Part shown: piece by piece, positions 1-7,575 of the stretch
Layout of the letters: each line of letters opens with the position of its first letter
Numbering within the stretch: position 1 is the first letter of the stretch
Assembly: GCA_050013715.1 (NCBI GenBank)
Contig: JBEKES010000025.1
Span: forward strand, 1-19,617
DNA length: 19,617 nt
From: Candidatus Micrarchaeaceae archaeon
GTDB lineage: Archaea > Micrarchaeota > Micrarchaeia > Micrarchaeales > Micrarchaeaceae
Reading direction: 5' to 3'
The notes under the pieces: model-generated
The model's input: only the letters and a program-made list of their open reading frames with translations
What the model was told of the DNA's origin: nothing
Database searches by the model: none
Translations under genes and position numbers: made by a program

Positions 1-20
1 CTAAAAAACAAACTAATTCT

Positions 21-227
21 ACCTGGGTTTGCATGGAGCAATCCTGCAAATCACGAGTTATCTCGTGAGTGTAAACCGAGGACCACACACCAATCTATAG
101 TGCTAATAGTTCACGAACATATTAGCCATGAAGTTCAACAGCAATACCTAGTAAGGTTAACTGAAACAGTAAAACTGTAGTGTGCCATAAAATGGCTTTT
201 AGTAGATAGGTTAACATTGTGCCGTTG
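21..227 (+). ncRNA. Candidate structured RNA upstream of the DGR template repeat (two three-way junctions plus one long hairpin)
   Basis: Pairings found by eye: 22-34/69-81 (one mismatch) enclosing GGA-GCAA-UCC (35-44) and UCACGAG-UUAU-CUCGUGA (51-68); hairpin 102-126; 146-150/207-211; 160-165/198-203 enclosing ACAG-UAAAA-CUGU (166-178) and GCCA-UAAAA-UGGC (184-196). G-U pairs and a GNRA loop favour the + strand. Confidence 0.6.
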
Positions 228-326
228 TCGCTCAACGTCAACTCCGATAACAACACTGCCAACAACGGCAGGCGTTTCAACCTCAATGCGAACAACGAGC
301 CTTCCAATGTTGCTCCAATGGTTCTT
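210..326 (+). repeat. DGR template repeat (TR); boundaries approximate
   Basis: Reads VNIVPLSLNVNSDNNTANNGRRFNLNANNEPSNVAPMVL, with 10 AAC and 2 AAT codons. Adenines sit almost only at codon positions 1-2. More GC-rich than the RT and directly upstream of a DGR-type RT. The matching VR is not in the window. Confidence 0.85.
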
Positions 327-353
327 ATTTACATCCAGGTTCAATCGAATAAC

Positions 354-1487
354 ATGAAAACCTATACTAAATTGTATGAAGAACTTTGTTCTTATGATAA
401 TCTTAAACTTGCATGGAAGAAAGCTAGGAAAAGGAAGACATTAAAGAGTTATATAATAGAGTTTGAATCTGATTTAGAAAATAATCTAAATAAGTTAAAG
501 TATGAATTGGAAACATTTACTTATGCTCCTGCGCCTCTTAGAACCTTCATAGTACATGATCCTAAAACTAGAAAAATAAGTGCATCTCATTTTAGGGATA
601 GAGTTGTTCATCATGCATTATGCAATATAATAGGTCCTATTTTGGAAAGAAATTTTATATACGATTCATTTGCAAACCAGAAAGGGAAAGGAGTAAATCT
701 TGCAATAAAAAGATTGGAATATTTTATAAGAAAAATATATAGGACCAAAGCACAAAATTCGCTGAGGGAGGGGCAATTACTTTTGAACAAAAGTAAAACT
801 GGAGGATTTGCCATCAAAACAGATATAAGACACTATTTTGATTCTGTAGATTATGAAATTTTATTAAGGATAATAAAAAAGAAAATAAAAGATACGAATG
901 TTATTTGGCTGATAAAATTAATATTGAAGAATCATAAAACAAAAATTAATGGTAAAGGAATGCCATTGGGAAATCTAACATCTCAATTCTTTGCAAATGT
1001 ATACCTAAACGAATTAGATCAATTTGTTAAACATAAATTGAAGGCAAGGCACTACATAAGATATGTGGATGATTTTATCCTGCTGAACAAAGATGAACGT
1101 GTACTTCGAAGATGGAAAGAAGAGATTGATTTATTTATTAGAAATAATCTAAAAATTGAACTTCATCCTGATAAAACTAAAATTATACTAATAAATAAAG
1201 GTATTACTATGCTTGGATTTAGGGTTTTTTTATATCATAAATTTCTTAAGAAAAGCAATGCAAAAAGAATATGGAAAAGGATCGATTTTTTCAAAAAAGA
1301 TTTTATTGAAGGAAAGTTAAATGAAGTACAAATTAAAGATAGTATAAGCGGTTGGATTGTATATGCAAAATTTGCAAATACATATTATCTTAGGAAGAAA
1401 GTTTACCTAAATACAAAAAGAATATTCTTAGATCATTTCTTCTTTGTTACGAATTCGCCCAATGTTGCTTCCTCGTTGTTGCCATAG
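354..1487 (+). CDS. DGR-type reverse transcriptase (377 aa from ATG 354)
   Basis: Motifs HDPKTRKI, FRDRVVHHAL, KTDIRHYFDSV, GMPLGNLTSQFFANVYL (the GxxxSQ motif typical of DGR RTs), YIRYVDDF, LHPDKT, LGF. No endonuclease domain. The ORF-track extension 219-353 is the TR plus a short spacer. Confidence 0.93.
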   Translation: MKTYTKLYEELCSYDNLKLAWKKARKRKTLKSYIIEFESDLENNLNKLKYELETFTYAPAPLRTFIVHDPKTRKISASHFRDRVVHHALCNIIGPILERNFIYDSFANQKGKGVNLAIKRLEYFIRKIYRTKAQNSLREGQLLLNKSKTGGFAIKTDIRHYFDSVDYEILLRIIKKKIKDTNVIWLIKLILKNHKTKINGKGMPLGNLTSQFFANVYLNELDQFVKHKLKARHYIRYVDDFILLNKDERVLRRWKEEIDLFIRNNLKIELHPDKTKIILINKGITMLGFRVFLYHKFLKKSNAKRIWKRIDFFKKDFIEGKLNEVQIKDSISGWIVYAKFANTYYLRKKVYLNTKRIFLDHFFFVTNSPNVASSLLP

Positions 1488-1888
1488 GAATGCATATTCT
1501 CCTTTTGTACCTGCGATTCTTCAGTAAGCTTTATGCTCAATGCCTTCTCAAGCTTCTTTGTGAGCTCAACTGAAGGCATGGTCCTCTGCTGCTCAACCCT
1601 TGAGAGAAGCGTTTCCTTCTCGTTTATCATTTCAGCAAGCACTTTCATTGGCAACTTCATAGATTCACGAGCATCATGTATTATTCTGCCATAATTCTCA
1701 ACTATTTGTGGAATCTCATTCTTGTCCTTTTTGGGCATTTGCAGCACATTGCCTTTTTTCTGCTCCATTACTTTTGAGATTATTTTCTTGCCTTGCGCGC
1801 ACTTTATGCATACTCTAAGCTCTACGTTATCAACATTAACTACATAGACATCTTTCATCTTTGCCCCGCAGAGTTCGCATTCTTCCAT
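1433..1888 (-). CDS. mbf1: Archaeal multiprotein bridging factor 1 (Zn-ribbon plus Cro-like HTH)
   Basis: N-terminal CELCG...VCIKC Zn ribbon, IVENYGRIIHDARE, HTH region, KKLEKALSIKL, C-terminal TLGE. Confidence 0.92.
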   Translation of the reverse strand: MEECELCGAKMKDVYVVNVDNVELRVCIKCAQGKKIISKVMEQKKGNVLQMPKKDKNEIPQIVENYGRIIHDARESMKLPMKVLAEMINEKETLLSRVEQQRTMPSVELTKKLEKALSIKLTEESQVQKENMHSYGNNEEATLGEFVTKKK

Positions 1889-2014
1889 TCAATCCCTATA
1901 TTTTAATGCATATAAACTTAAAAGCACTTTCCCTATTTTTCTTAATGCACACAGTGCAAAAGGCTATATAAGTTGTCTTGGATAATATCCTATTCATTGC
2001 AAAGGCTGGTCTAG

Positions 2015-3466
2015 ATGGTAAAACGTAATAAGGAACTGCTGGTCTTTGCATTAATCATAATATCAATACTTCTTCTCTATGTATTATACGTTTCAAGCTT
2101 CATGAATCTGATATTACGCATAATCTTTGCTTTCCTGTTGCTTATTTTTGTAGGATTAAAGATACAGAACGTAATCGGAGCAAGCGGAGGATACGGCTTA
2201 TACATGATGGGCAGCAAGAAAGGGCTCAATGTAATAGATAATCTTTCAAAGAATCACAAAACATTCTGGGAGGTAATGGCTGTCTGGGGATTGACCCTAG
2301 GATTCGGATTGCTCTCCTATCCGTTGCTCAAAGGAAAAATAGACAAAAGAATATACGTATTTGGAATAATATCAATAATACTGATAATGCTTTTTGTGCT
2401 TCCCTACATAGCAAATTCGTTCCAGTTCATCAATCTTCCACGATTGCAGAATGCATTATCCACTAGCCAGTCGCAGCCGCAGACGGGCTTGTCCGCCATA
2501 TCTTCCTATGTAACTCTAGGAATCACAATATTTGCCGGCTTTACCGGCTCTATTTTCTATTCCATAATACTTAACTCAGAATCAATACTCGCGAGCATTG
2601 TCTTGTATGTTGTAAACCCATCACTGGGTGCAGCTGGTTCAGGCATCGCAAGCCAGATACCTGGAGTTGCTCCAGTAATACCTGGCATTGACATACCTCT
2701 TCTTGCGGGTGTGATTTCCCTTGCATTATTGCTCATAATACACGAATTCTCCCATGGTGTTCTAGCAAGAACAGCAAAAGTAAAACTGAAGTCAATAGGG
2801 CTTTTGGTATTCGGGTTCATACCCATAGGAGGATATGTTGAACCAGATGAAAAGATGGTAGACAAGCTCAACAGCACAAAGCAAACTAATATCTTCTCAG
2901 CTGGAATAGCTGCAAACTTCCTTGCCATGATAATATTCTTCGTTCTTGTGGTTATATTCACTACTTATGTAATACCCAGTGCAATACCCTATAAAGTTCT
3001 GGTATCAGGGACAAGTCCAAACTATCCTGCAAACAACATATTGAAAAGCGGCATGCAGGTACTGAAATGGAACAACTACTCCGTAAATAACATAACTACC
3101 CTTACAAAGGCGGCAGCACAGGACAGGCCAAATGGCACAGTTACTGTAGTTACGAACAATGGCACCTATGCTTTCAAGGCAGTTACCTCTCCATCCAATT
3201 CATCGAAGGGAGTAATAGGTGTAATGCTCGCCTACAAGCCAGTACTATCTACGCCCTATGAAAAAGTGATATACTTCTTCTATACATTATTCTCGCTTTC
3301 CCTGTTGTTGAATTTCCTTGTTGCGGTAGTAAACCTGCTGCCAATACCCGGATTCGACGGTTACAGGATATACAGGGCAAACATAAAAAATACATTTTTC
3401 GTGAACGCATTGGGCGCATTTATTATAATAATGATACTTGTTAATGTGCTGCCCTGGCTTTTTTAG
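2015..3466 (+). CDS. Site-2 protease (peptidase M50) with PDZ-like domain
   Basis: HEFSH zinc motif, GGYVEPDE, AGIAANF, NLLPIPGFDG, many TM segments, soluble PDZ-like insert. Confidence 0.93.
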   Translation: MVKRNKELLVFALIIISILLLYVLYVSSFMNLILRIIFAFLLLIFVGLKIQNVIGASGGYGLYMMGSKKGLNVIDNLSKNHKTFWEVMAVWGLTLGFGLLSYPLLKGKIDKRIYVFGIISIILIMLFVLPYIANSFQFINLPRLQNALSTSQSQPQTGLSAISSYVTLGITIFAGFTGSIFYSIILNSESILASIVLYVVNPSLGAAGSGIASQIPGVAPVIPGIDIPLLAGVISLALLLIIHEFSHGVLARTAKVKLKSIGLLVFGFIPIGGYVEPDEKMVDKLNSTKQTNIFSAGIAANFLAMIIFFVLVVIFTTYVIPSAIPYKVLVSGTSPNYPANNILKSGMQVLKWNNYSVNNITTLTKAAAQDRPNGTVTVVTNNGTYAFKAVTSPSNSSKGVIGVMLAYKPVLSTPYEKVIYFFYTLFSLSLLLNFLVAVVNLLPIPGFDGYRIYRANIKNTFFVNALGAFIIIMILVNVLPWLF

Positions 3467-3483
3467 ATATTGAAGCAATTTGC

Positions 3484-4029
3484 CTACTCACTTTCAATCT
3501 CTGCAATTGATTTATTTGTTACTGCAGAAAAATCATAGTCCTTGGCATCATATCCCTTTTTGCAGTATTTGTCCAAATGTTTAATCAACAGCCAGGAATT
3601 CTCTCTTCCGGCAAAACCTTTGGTGCGGACCAAAGCAAAAGAACCCTGCAGCTTTTTCCCGTAGAGCGTGAATTTGAGATTACCTTCTTTATAACTTTTT
3701 ATGGCAGTTGCCTTCGCTTCTTTTGCATTATTAATTTCTTTTCTTATTCCTTTGCCTATCTCGATTTCTGGATTGTAAGTTCCTTTGTCCCATATCATTA
3801 CTGGTCCAGCACCGTAATTCCCTTTTGGTATAACACCTTCAAAGTTCCTGTACTCAAGAGAATGATCTGTAGTAGGCAGTGCAAGCCTCTTTACTGTATT
3901 ATCCAAAGTAGGCCCTCTAGGAATAGACCATGATGGCATTACATCATTTATCTGAAGCCTAAAATCATAATGCAGTGATGTTGCTTTATGCTTCTGAATA
4001 ACAAATAACAGTTGCCCTTCATTTTTCAT
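3484..4029 (-). CDS. Stand-alone LigD-type 3'-phosphoesterase (PE) domain protein
   Basis: FVIQKHKATSLHYDFRL, SWSIPRGP, RLA...DHSLEYRNFEGVIP.GNYGAG.V.IWDKGTY, L.G.KL.G.F.L, WLLIK. Confidence 0.92.
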   Translation of the reverse strand: MKNEGQLLFVIQKHKATSLHYDFRLQINDVMPSWSIPRGPTLDNTVKRLALPTTDHSLEYRNFEGVIPKGNYGAGPVMIWDKGTYNPEIEIGKGIRKEINNAKEAKATAIKSYKEGNLKFTLYGKKLQGSFALVRTKGFAGRENSWLLIKHLDKYCKKGYDAKDYDFSAVTNKSIAEIESE

Positions 4030-4130
4030 TGATACTATTTACTTATAGCATTTTATAAATCTTATTTTATAAAATTTAGCAAAAAGATATGTATAAATAT
4101 TATATAAAACAGAATAAAATTAGTGATGAA

Positions 4131-4931
4131 GTGCTTACTAAAGAAAATATAACAGATCGTGAAGGATACAAAATACTTGAAAAATATTCTCAATACGTTA
4201 GGGGCGCCACTTCATTCGTAACTGATGGTGATAGAACAGCATGGAAATCTAATGCTGCAATTCATGTAGGGCAGCATTATATAGTTAGAGAATTCTGGCG
4301 AGGATTCTTAGGTCCACATCACTGGTCAATAATGAAAAAAGGAATAGATGGCTACAAGGAAGTAGTGGAATTGGAGAAGAAATCCGGCAAAGATAGTGCA
4401 GAAGGGCTTAAGTTATTCTATCAAAAACTTGTGGAAAATGGTTTGGGAACAAAAGAAGAATTGGTAAAATTTGCCGATAAATACATATCAACTCATATAG
4501 TTGAGACTACCTGGGATATTCTAAGATCTACAAGAAAGCCAAAATTCCTTGCAAGTGTCAATGGTTCAAGCGTAGCTCAAGCCGCTTCAGATATTTTTGG
4601 ATTTACTAATTGTGCTTCAAATCAAGATTGGTTTGATGTTACTGGAAGGTTAAAAGGTGTAAACATAACCATAAGGGACGGTGAATATAAGGTAAGGGCA
4701 GTACATGACATGCTTAAAGCTGAGGGATTACATTTAAGAGACGCGGTTGTTATAGGTAATGGCATTAATGACATACCTATGTTAGAAAAGGCAAGGCTTT
4801 CAATAGCTTCACCTTTTGCAATACCAGAGGTAATGGCTGTTTGCGAAGTCCATATGGAATCAATTAACATTGTAACATATTCCAATCTTATATATATGGA
4901 AATGCATAATGGAAGAGTATATATCGACTAA
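4131..4931 (+). CDS. HAD-superfamily hydrolase (phosphoserine-phosphatase-like)
   Basis: Motif I VTDGDRT and motif IV IGNGINDIPML. GTG 4131 is preferred as the start because it follows GTGATG and a TATATAAA at 4101; ATG 4089 is the alternative. Confidence 0.72.
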   Translation: MLTKENITDREGYKILEKYSQYVRGATSFVTDGDRTAWKSNAAIHVGQHYIVREFWRGFLGPHHWSIMKKGIDGYKEVVELEKKSGKDSAEGLKLFYQKLVENGLGTKEELVKFADKYISTHIVETTWDILRSTRKPKFLASVNGSSVAQAASDIFGFTNCASNQDWFDVTGRLKGVNITIRDGEYKVRAVHDMLKAEGLHLRDAVVIGNGINDIPMLEKARLSIASPFAIPEVMAVCEVHMESINIVTYSNLIYMEMHNGRVYID

Positions 4932-5012
4932 TTTTAGATTATTTGTGCAAAGCCAAAGGCATACCTCTAGTTATAAATATTATGTCAATCATAATAAAAT
5001 AAGCAAAATAAG

Positions 5013-5032
5013 GTCCAGCATATATGCTGGAC
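5013..5032. promoter_or_regulatory. Perfect 20-bp palindrome upstream of the ABC transporter
   Basis: GTCCAGCATA|TATGCTGGAC, ending 37 nt before ATG 5070. Confidence 0.5.
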
Positions 5033-5069
5033 AAAAAAGGTAATAAATTGAACTGCTTAGGTAATTGTT

Positions 5070-7550
5070 ATGGCTATGTTGAAATTGAAGACAGATTTGA
5101 ACAGCCAATTGCAGCTGAAGGAAGAGACTGTAACAATAGCCGATGGCAAGCTTGAAGTATTATCCGACAATAAGATCTTGTTCTCAATAGAAGTAAATAA
5201 GCTGGAACGCTCGTTCATAGAAGAGGGCCTTGGCCTTGCGAAGCTTGTTATAAAGCTAAAAGACGGCAATGAGAAAGAAATAGCCTATTTTACAAAAAAG
5301 AAGGTAAAATCCTTCAAGAAGCTTGCCGATGCGTTGAATCAATACATAGAAAAGAAAAAGCTAGTGAAAACAACCTTTGAGGAAAAGAAGCCAAGGAAAG
5401 GTGGCATAGGTACTTTATATTGGCTTTACGGATTCGCAGCTAAGCACAGAACAATGCTCATAATTGGAGTAATACTCTCGCTAATTACTGTATTCTTGAA
5501 TTTGATACCTCCCTACTTGCTAAAGGTATTGATAGACAACGTAATACTCTCAAGCACTCATTCGCAGGCTCTTTTCCTGGAGCTCACCATAATACTGATA
5601 GCATCGTATGCATCTTCAACAGTAATCGGCGCAATACAGTCTTTTGTGCTCAACAAGGCAGGTAATCAGATAGTTACTGAACTGAGGAGCAAGCTCTTCA
5701 AGCATGCGGTGAAATTATCTGCAAGCGACATAGACAACATAACAGCAACAAGAATACAAACAAGGCTTACTTCAGATGCAGGTAATACCCAATGGCTTAT
5801 GACCTATGGACTAAGCACAATGGTAATCAGTTACAACAAGACTTCAGATAGGGCATACCATAAAATCTCAAGGAAAGGCGCAGACATATACACAAAAATA
5901 AATGACGTAATACCAAACTATACGATAGTAAAAAGCGCAACAAGGGAGAATTTCGAAGGGGACGAATTCGACTCAAACCTTGGCAGTTACTACAAGACGC
6001 AAATGGACATTGCAAAAATGGAATTGAAATATTGGCAGCCTGTGAGCTTTCTGGTTGCACTTGCAACTGTTGTAATATGGAGAGTTGGAGGTTCACTTGT
6101 AATAGCAGGTACATTGCAGCTTGGTATCGTAACTGCTTTCCTTGCTTATATGGGAATGTTCTATGGCCCAATACAGCAGATAAGCTCAATACTACCGTAC
6201 ATACAGGAATCAATAACTTCTGGAGAAAGATTGAGGGAAGTATTCGACTCTGAAGATATTGGAAAGGAGCCAAACGGAAAGAAGATAGTTGACATCAACA
6301 AAGACATAAAACTTCAGAATGTATGGTTCGGCTACGATCCGTTGTTTCCAATAATAAAAGGGCTTAACGCAACAATACAGCAGGGAAAGGTAACTGCAAT
6401 AGTAGGAAAAAGCGGTGCAGGAAAGAGCACAATAGCAAAGATACTGCTAGGATTGTATGCAATAGACAATGGGGACATAAAATTCGGAGCCAACAGCATA
6501 AATGACATAGATGTAAGCCATTTGCGAGAGAAGATAGCATATGTTCCGCAAGACTCTACATTTTTCGACAACACAGTAGCATACAACATGTCTTATTTCT
6601 CAAAGGGAGAGCAGGAACCTGATAGGCTAATAGCTGCCGCAAGAGCAGTTGAAATGCACAGCGAGATAATGCGATTGCCGTTGTCCTATGATAACAGAAT
6701 ACGAGGAAGAGGAATGAGTCTTTCAGGAGGACAGAGGCAAAGATTAGCTGTAGCTAGAGCAATTCTCGGAAAACCTGACATTGTGCTATTCGACGAAATA
6801 ACAGCAAACCTAGACGCGATAAACGCAAGGAAAGTAAACAAGTCAGTGCTAAATCTGGAAAGCGACAAGACGATGATATTCGTAACGCACGATCTTACTG
6901 AAATAATGAATGCCGATCATGTAATATTATTGGAAAATGGAATAATAGCAGAGCAGGGCAAGCCCGGTGCACTCATAAGAAAGAAGGGAAAGCTCTACAA
7001 CATATTCAAGTACAAGCTTTCGGCAAAAGCAAAGCATAGCTCCCACAAGAGCAAGAAAACGCTCGAATCGTTTGTTGACAAGTACATAGTGAGCGAATCT
7101 GCAATAAAGATAAAGCAGGGAGAGCGAAGAAGCCTAGTTGATGTAGTATACAACAACAAAGTCGTAACGAAACTTGTGCCTAAGAAGGCATTTCCTATAT
7201 CGAATCCGAACATGATAGTATTCAACGCAAAGCAGGAAAAGGACGTCTTCGCAATAAGCGATTACACAAAATTGGACAGTAAGTCAAAGGAATTGCTGGA
7301 AGCCGCACTTGAGGCAAACAGCTTCGATCCTGTAATAACTGGAATAAAGGAAATACGAATAACTGGAGATGGATTGGAATGGAACCTCAAGACGAAGAAA
7401 GGGGACATGAAATTCGTAACGAAGAGCAGGTCCGACATCATAACTATAGGAAACTACGTTGTCATAATAGACGAGTTCAACACCCCATTGAAGATAGACG
7501 TAGGAAAACTCGACAAGAATAGTCTAGATATATTAACTGCTTCAATCTAG
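5070..7550 (+). CDS. ABC exporter (N-terminal soluble domain, TMD, NBD) fused to a C-terminal DUF1854-like domain; TMD apparently internally deleted
   Basis: Walker A GKSGAGKST, Q-loop VPQD, LSGGQRQR, VLFDE, VTHD. The C-terminus PKKAFPISNP...FDPVITGI...WNLKTKKG...IIDE...LDKNSLDIL resembles DUF1854. Confidence 0.88.
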   Translation: MAMLKLKTDLNSQLQLKEETVTIADGKLEVLSDNKILFSIEVNKLERSFIEEGLGLAKLVIKLKDGNEKEIAYFTKKKVKSFKKLADALNQYIEKKKLVKTTFEEKKPRKGGIGTLYWLYGFAAKHRTMLIIGVILSLITVFLNLIPPYLLKVLIDNVILSSTHSQALFLELTIILIASYASSTVIGAIQSFVLNKAGNQIVTELRSKLFKHAVKLSASDIDNITATRIQTRLTSDAGNTQWLMTYGLSTMVISYNKTSDRAYHKISRKGADIYTKINDVIPNYTIVKSATRENFEGDEFDSNLGSYYKTQMDIAKMELKYWQPVSFLVALATVVIWRVGGSLVIAGTLQLGIVTAFLAYMGMFYGPIQQISSILPYIQESITSGERLREVFDSEDIGKEPNGKKIVDINKDIKLQNVWFGYDPLFPIIKGLNATIQQGKVTAIVGKSGAGKSTIAKILLGLYAIDNGDIKFGANSINDIDVSHLREKIAYVPQDSTFFDNTVAYNMSYFSKGEQEPDRLIAAARAVEMHSEIMRLPLSYDNRIRGRGMSLSGGQRQRLAVARAILGKPDIVLFDEITANLDAINARKVNKSVLNLESDKTMIFVTHDLTEIMNADHVILLENGIIAEQGKPGALIRKKGKLYNIFKYKLSAKAKHSSHKSKKTLESFVDKYIVSESAIKIKQGERRSLVDVVYNNKVVTKLVPKKAFPISNPNMIVFNAKQEKDVFAISDYTKLDSKSKELLEAALEANSFDPVITGIKEIRITGDGLEWNLKTKKGDMKFVTKSRSDIITIGNYVVIIDEFNTPLKIDVGKLDKNSLDILTASI

Positions 7551-7575
7551 TGCGAACTTTATTCAAATTATGATT

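Larger units (their letters stand above)
21..1487 (+). mobile_element. Diversity-generating retroelement core (structured RNA - TR - RT), probably continuing left of the window
   Basis: TR signature next to a DGR-class RT. The RT is visibly more AT-rich than neighbouring housekeeping genes and its 3' end overlaps MBF1. Confidence 0.82.

Noticed and set aside
22..81. Hammerhead ribozyme
   Set aside because: A three-way junction is present but the CUGANGA and GAAA core sequences are absent.
1..180. Stop-free + frame 1 (LKNKLILPGFAWS...) as the 3' end of avd or a target gene
   Set aside because: No resemblance to Avd or to the TR scaffold, and the region is better explained by RNA helices. It cannot be fully excluded without upstream sequence.
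219..353. 45-aa Asn-rich N-terminal extension of the RT in the ORF track
   Set aside because: It is the TR, whose AAC-rich frame is naturally stop-free. RT-like sequence begins at MKTYTKLY (ATG 354).
354..1487. Group II intron or retron RT
   Set aside because: It has the GNLTSQ motif and an adjacent TR. No intron domain V/VI follows the ORF, and the retron NAxxH and VTG motifs are absent.
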